NCBI GenBank assembly: GCA_043228905.1
Contig: JBHGNT010000016.1
Location: 18,724,001 to 18,788,000, forward strand
Length of the DNA: 64,000 nucleotides
Direction of reading: 5' to 3'
DNA from: Azolla caroliniana
Taxonomy: Eukaryota; Plantae; Polypodiophyta
In this document: piece after piece, positions 62,007-64,000 of the stretch
How positions within the stretch are numbered: position 1 is the stretch's first letter
Layout: each line of letters begins with the position of its first letter
The notes under the pieces: model-generated
What the model was told of the DNA's origin: nothing
The model's database searches: none
What the model saw: only the letters and a program-made list of their open reading frames with translations
Translations under genes and position numbers: made by a program

Positions 62007-64000
62007 CTCCCCCTCAAGCGCAACTCGAGGTCGGGTTGTGGTGTCATTCTCTGTGGCGGCCGGTTCTTTCAACCGACTTCTCCTGGCGTCGCTCCGCCTT
62101 GCTCGTGCTCCTCGTCCGGCCCGGTCCTGTTTGCCGCGACCCCTCTGGTTCTGCACGCCTCGACCTTCTCGGTCGGCATGTCTGCTCATCAGGCCCATCT
62201 CAGCTCCTTCGCTGCTATGACTCCGGCGCTTGCCGATCCATCGGTTCCTCCGCGATGGCATTGACTTCCGCTGCGTCCGTGTCTCCTTGGCCTTTGGTTG
62301 ATCCGACTCATCCGGATCCAACTCTTGATGCGAATCGGCTGTCTCCGACTCGTTCCAGCTCTTGTCTGAATCGGTATCCTCCGATTCGACTTCCGGCATC
62401 AGGCCTTTCACCACATCGGACCACGTCCGGGTCTTGGCCTTCTCCGTGCTTCCCTCGGCTTCTTCAACCAGTTCACCGAAATCGAATTCTTCATTCGACT
62501 CCGCATCATGGTCATTACCGCCGTGATGACCTCCGCACAGCATGCACTTCTCTTCCTGAGTGCACACTTCTTCTTCCTTCCGGTTGGCTCGGTCCTTCTT
62601 GACTCTGCCACCACAGCCGCTTGCTCCGACTTGTTCCGATGTGTCGACTTCCTTCGTCGGTTCGGCTTCTTTCTTCTTCTTGTCTCCCCTTCTTCCGGTT
62701 CTTCTCTTACCGACTGGTTCAACAATTTCTTTGCCTTTGGTGCCCTTGCTTCTCCCCTTCAAGTGCGGCACGTCGAGATGCTGAACACCAAGCATGTTGG
62801 TAAAGTGCTGCAACTTGTCAGATCTGAGCGGCTTGGTGAAGATGTCGGCAAATTGCCGATCCGTGTGAACATACCGAAGTTCAACTTCACCGCTTAGGAC
62901 CCACTCACGCACAAAATGATAATGCACTTCTATGTGCTTCGTGCGAGCATGGAACACAGGGTTCTTGGTGAGCTGCATGCTGCTGATGTTATCACAATAA
63001 ATCGGGATCGGGGTCGGTACCTCGATCCGCAAGTCTCGCAGCAGTCGCCGAAGCCAAATGGCTTCGCAAGTAGCCACGGTCGCGCCTCGGTATTCAGCCT
63101 CAGTGCTAGACAGAGCCACTATTGGCTGCTTTTTGCTGCTCCACGCAATAGCTGCGTTCCCAAGAGAAAACATAAATCCGGAAGTCGATTGGCGATCTGA
63201 CACATCGTCGGCCCAGTCAGCATCCGTGTAGCCGACCAGCTCTTCAATTATACTTCGCCAGTATAACAGTCCTCGGTCCTTCGTGCCGCTTACATATTGC
63301 AATATTTGTTGCGCGCACTGAAGGTGCTCAACAGTCGGCTTCTGCATGAATTGGCTTGTCACTCCGACCGGATAGCTGATGTCGGGTCGGGTGATGGACA
63401 AATATATAAGGCTTCCAATGATTTGTCGGAACCATTTCTCATTGCAGGCCGGTCCGGAGTTGGGACAGAGTTTCTGGTTCCGGTCCAAGGGTGTGGAGAC
63501 AGGTCGACACTCTGTCATGCCGAACTTGTACAACATATTTAACGCGTAATGTCGTTGTGAAAGCAATATGCCATCGGGGGTGTGGATCACCTCGATCCCG
63601 AGGAAGTAATGAAGGTCCCCCAGGTCCTTCATCTCAAATGCGTCCGACAACTGGGACTTGACGCGGTTGATTTCAGAAAGGTCCGGTCCGGTGATGACTA
63701 AATCATCAACATATAGCAGTATACATACCGGACCGTCTGAGCCTTTCCGGATGAACAATGAAGAGTCCGACTTGGAGGCCGCGAATCCCATCTTACACAA
63801 CCGGTGTGTGATTTTCGCATTCCAAGCTCGGAGGTCTTGCTTCAAGCCGTAAAGTGACTTCTTCAGTCGACATACCGCCGACTTGTTCATCTCTGATTGG
63901 AAACCAGGGGGTTGGATCATATAGACCCGTTCTTGAAGATCTCCTTGAAGGAAGGCATTCTTCACATCTATCTGGTGAAGATGCCACCCCCTTTCCACAG
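62001..64000 (-). CDS. pol: Copia E Pol (RT, RNase H, ~250-aa extension); continues beyond the window
   Basis: QIDVKNAFL, LYVDDL, AWSSKKQ, TKHIEVHYHF; open through to a TGA inside the LTR. Confidence 0.92.
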   Translation of the reverse strand, partial: VERGWHLHQIDVKNAFLQGDLQERVYMIQPPGFQSEMNKSAVCRLKKSLYGLKQDLRAWNAKITHRLCKMGFAASKSDSSLFIRKGSDGPVCILLYVDDLVITGPDLSEINRVKSQLSDAFEMKDLGDLHYFLGIEVIHTPDGILLSQRHYALNMLYKFGMTECRPVSTPLDRNQKLCPNSGPACNEKWFRQIIGSLIYLSITRPDISYPVGVTSQFMQKPTVEHLQCAQQILQYVSGTKDRGLLYWRSIIEELVGYTDADWADDVSDRQSTSGFMFSLGNAAIAWSSKKQPIVALSSTEAEYRGATVATCEAIWLRRLLRDLRIEVPTPIPIYCDNISSMQLTKNPVFHARTKHIEVHYHFVREWVLSGEVELRYVHTDRQFADIFTKPLRSDKLQHFTNMLGVQHLDVPHLKGRSKGTKGKEIVEPVGKRRTGRRGDKKKKEAEPTKEVDTSEQVGASGCGGRVKKDRANRKEEEVCTQEEKCMLCGGHHGGNDHDAESNEEFDFGELVEEAEGSTEKAKTRTWSDVVKGLMPEVESEDTDSDKSWNESETADSHQELDPDESDQPKAKETRTQRKSMPSRRNRWIGKRRSHSSEGAEMGLMSRHADREGRGVQNQRGRGKQDRAGRGARARRSDARRSRLKEPAATENDTTTRPRVALEGEC

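Noticed and set aside
61988-62602. 204-aa plus-strand ORF antisense to the copia E extension
   Set aside because: Likely a shadow ORF of GC-rich sequence with a non-ATG start; cannot be supported without conservation data

Overview
Eukaryotic plant nuclear DNA, by inference a non-seed plant such as a fern (retroelement lineages, PLS-PPR remnant, CT/CA microsatellites). Roughly three quarters is a nested transposon landscape: two rearranged copies of a tRNA-Met-primed Ty3/gypsy chromovirus around a 100-N gap (1-11521); a complete Ty1/copia (13174-22843, TSD TCTTA) carrying a nested Tf1/Tcn1-like chromovirus (16308-20531, TSD GCCCT); a hAT non-autonomous element (23856-25377, 8-bp TSD); a stack of truncated copia/gypsy elements, solo LTRs and a LINE fragment (25400-41370); a decayed CACTA transposase; and more copia elements (56519-64000). 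Two intact, convergent host genes lie in the middle: a 4-exon proteasome maturation factor UMP1/POMP (+, 43899-48721) and a 5-exon isoflavone-reductase/PCBER-like gene (-, 56012-52814). The most notable observations are (i) a tRNA-independent self-priming PBS in the nested chromovirus, (ii) an LTR-end-to-own-integrase inversion junction, which could also be a misassembly, (iii) a PPR gene fragment with TSD and A-tail inside the hAT element, and (iv) a copia Pol with a ~250-aa C-terminal extension. All coordinates were read by eye and no database searches were run.
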